Shown here piece after piece: positions 31,178 through 32,651 of a stretch of 32,651 nucleotides of DNA. The stretch spans positions 1 to 32,651 of the forward strand of contig JAITRD010000003.1 of assembly GCA_031288575.1 (NCBI GenBank), given 5' to 3'. This DNA comes from Treponema sp. (GTDB lineage: Bacteria > Spirochaetota > Spirochaetia > Treponematales > Breznakiellaceae). Made by a program: the position numbers and the translations under genes. A model generated the notes under the pieces. That model had not been told where the DNA came from, did no database searches, and saw only the letters and a program-made list of their open reading frames with translations. Numbering within the stretch: the stretch's first letter is position 1; each line of letters opens with the position of its first letter.

Positions 31178-32295
31178 AGTTTCTCCAATTCTTCCCGAAA
31201 AAGGGCATCCGAAAGGGCGGCGTCAATGGTCCGTATAACCTTTCCGCGGCGGAAGATCAACACCTTTTCTCCCGCGCCGGTAATCCCCAGATCGGCATGG
31301 CGGGCTTCTTCCGGCCCGTTCACCGCGCAGCCCATGATGGCCACGGTGATATTTTTATCCAGGGAATATAAATAATCCCGCCACCTGTCGGTAAAGCCAT
31401 GGGTGTCAAACCCGTTTCTGCCGCACCGGGGACAGGAAATAATTACCACCCCCTTCCGGGTTTTTTCCTCCCCGGTAGTGTCGGCTAAAGCGCCCAGGAT
31501 CTCCCGCCCGGCGATGATCTCATTTTCGACGGTGTCCGAAAGGGAAACCCGGAGGGTGGCTCCTATCCCTTCGGTCAAAAGGGTATGGACCGCCACCGCG
31601 TTCCGGACCACCCCGGCGATGAGGGGCCCCGCCTCGGTTACCCCGATGTGCAGGGGAATATCAAAACGGGAAGCAAACAAACGGTTGGCCTTAATAGTAT
31701 CGGCAATCGAAGAAGCCTTCATAGAGACTAAAACCGGGGAAAAGTGAAATTCCGAAAAGAGCGCCAATTCCCGCTCCGCGGCGGCTACCAGGGCTTCAGC
31801 CCGGCTCAGTTCGGCGTTTTCCACGGAACGCCTTAAATCCTGGGGGAGGCTTCCGGCGTTCACCCCGATCCGCAGGGGGATTCCCCGGCCGGCGGCCTTG
31901 GAAAGCACCTTCTCTACCCTTTCCCGGCTGCCGATGTTTCCCGGATTTATTCTGATCTTGGCGATGGGGTAATCAAGGCAGCGGAGGGCAATTTTATAAT
32001 CAAAATGAATATCCGCCACCAGCGGGAGGCTTACCATGCCGGCAAGATGCCCCAAAACATCGGCGGCGTTTAAATCGGGAACGGCAAAACGGAGCAAACC
32101 GCAGCCCATGGCTTTAAGGCCGCTGATCCGGGCGATTAACCTTTCCCCTGCCTGCCCCTCAAGGTCAAAAAAAGAAAGGCGGTCCTTCCACATGGTTTGA
32201 ACAACAACAGGGAAGTTACCGCCTACACAGAGGCCATCGACATGATCAAAACCGCCTATCTTAACTACCCGGGAAATCCGCCGCTCCACAACCAC
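31174..32295 (-). CDS. ispG: 4-hydroxy-3-methylbut-2-en-1-yl diphosphate synthase (MEP pathway)
   Basis: VVVQTM, LLRFAVPD, RINPGNIG, IGVNAGSL, PLHIGVTEAG, and the C-terminal cluster ligands ISCPRCGR ... GCAVNGPEE. The start is GTG 32295. Confidence 0.95.
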   Translation of the reverse strand: MVVERRISRVVKIGGFDHVDGLCVGGNFPVVVQTMWKDRLSFFDLEGQAGERLIARISGLKAMGCGLLRFAVPDLNAADVLGHLAGMVSLPLVADIHFDYKIALRCLDYPIAKIRINPGNIGSRERVEKVLSKAAGRGIPLRIGVNAGSLPQDLRRSVENAELSRAEALVAAAERELALFSEFHFSPVLVSMKASSIADTIKANRLFASRFDIPLHIGVTEAGPLIAGVVRNAVAVHTLLTEGIGATLRVSLSDTVENEIIAGREILGALADTTGEEKTRKGVVIISCPRCGRNGFDTHGFTDRWRDYLYSLDKNITVAIMGCAVNGPEEARHADLGITGAGEKVLIFRRGKVIRTIDAALSDALFREELEKL

Positions 32296-32393
32296 ACCCT
32301 AAAGGGTTATATAACCGCAAAGCTATGCCCAAAATTCCGCCAGGCTATTATGGCAGGCCAAATCCGGACCTTCGCGGCAAGACAGGTTCAGCC

Positions 32394-32651
32394 CTAGCTA
32401 ATCATGGAAAGAACCATCGCGAAGAGGGCTACGGTCTCGCAGATGCCGACTATGGCGATATACTGGGTAAAACCCTTGCCGGTCTCTGCCTGAGCATCGG
32501 CGCCCGCCGCTCCGGCCTGGCCCTGGGCAATAGCGGAAAAAGCTATGGCAAGCCCCGAGGCAATGCCAAAACCAAGGTACAACCAGGCATTATCCGGGTT
32601 TGCCAAAGACGCGGTTTTCATCTGCATCATCAGGATAAAACCATAGAAAGT
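32394..32651 (-). CDS. V-type ATPase proteolipid subunit K, C-terminal hairpin only. The CDS continues beyond the right edge of the window.
   Basis: The reading frame stays open upstream of the track's first Met to the window end (...TFYGFILMMQMK...). FSAIAQGQAGAAG and ICETVALFAMV align by eye with the TM3/TM4 region of Enterococcus NtpK (FSGIAQGKVAAAG, MVETYAILGFV), and TFYGFIL aligns with GLYGFVI at the end of TM2. Confidence 0.65.
   Translation of the reverse strand, partial: TFYGFILMMQMKTASLANPDNAWLYLGFGIASGLAIAFSAIAQGQAGAAGADAQAETGKGFTQYIAIVGICETVALFAMVLSMIS

Noticed and set aside
32394-32630. A stand-alone 78-aa F-type ATP synthase c subunit
   Set aside because: The frame has no stop upstream of the first Met up to the window edge. 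The sequence also matches the second hairpin of a four-helix V-type K subunit better, so it is called as a truncated K subunit instead.
1-32651. CRISPR arrays, tRNA/rRNA genes, IS elements, integrases, prophage genes, toxin-antitoxin pairs or known defence systems
   Set aside because: I saw no spaced direct repeats, no tRNA-like T-arm motifs in the few intergenic regions, and no transposase, recombinase or nuclease-type ORFs. Gene content and composition look uniformly core-chromosomal. This was visual inspection only, so short or degenerate elements could have been missed.

Overview
This is a densely packed, mostly housekeeping chromosomal segment with about 30 genes on both strands. I found no rRNA, tRNA, CRISPR array, transposase, integrase or phage genes, and nothing that looks like a defence island. 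Gene content (short-form HrpA helicase, a V-type ATPase K subunit ending an operon, tandem LepB, a Maf/DUF115 pair, a GldG-type ABC module) and CCC/GGG-rich codon usage tentatively suggest a Treponema/Spirochaeta-like spirochete.

Gene order, left to right:
- 3' end of a probable solute-binding protein gene plus terminator
- OppBCDF-like peptide ABC importer
- MATE efflux pump
- HrpA-like DEAH helicase
- HemW (-)
- type-B carboxylesterase
- two tandem signal peptidase I genes (-)
- PEGA/FGE-sulfatase-domain protein translationally coupled to smpB
- secreted hypothetical protein
- FtsB/DivIC-like protein (-)
- a 5.5-kb unit encoding a 652-aa polyacidic protein, a 147-aa protein and two Maf-like DUF115 proteins
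- orphan Memo-like AmmeMemoRadiSam protein B (-)
- membrane protein with a degenerate GGDEF-like domain
- a long minus-strand block: truncated V-ATPase K, ispG, TPR protein, rnz, ABC ATPase, ABC-2 permease, GldG-like protein, DUF4340 protein

Observations most worth follow-up:
1. A C10 homopolymer lies inside the first Maf-like gene and is a candidate phase-variation switch.
2. The acidic-protein/small-protein/Maf/Maf unit has no described function as a set.
3. -10 boxes recur 6-13 nt upstream of start codons with no Shine-Dalgarno sequence, which suggests leaderless mRNAs. One case is a back-to-back divergent pair.
4. All five convergent gene junctions have 0-1 nt spacing or overlap, leaving no room for terminators.

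All family calls come from motif recognition by eye. No database search was run.
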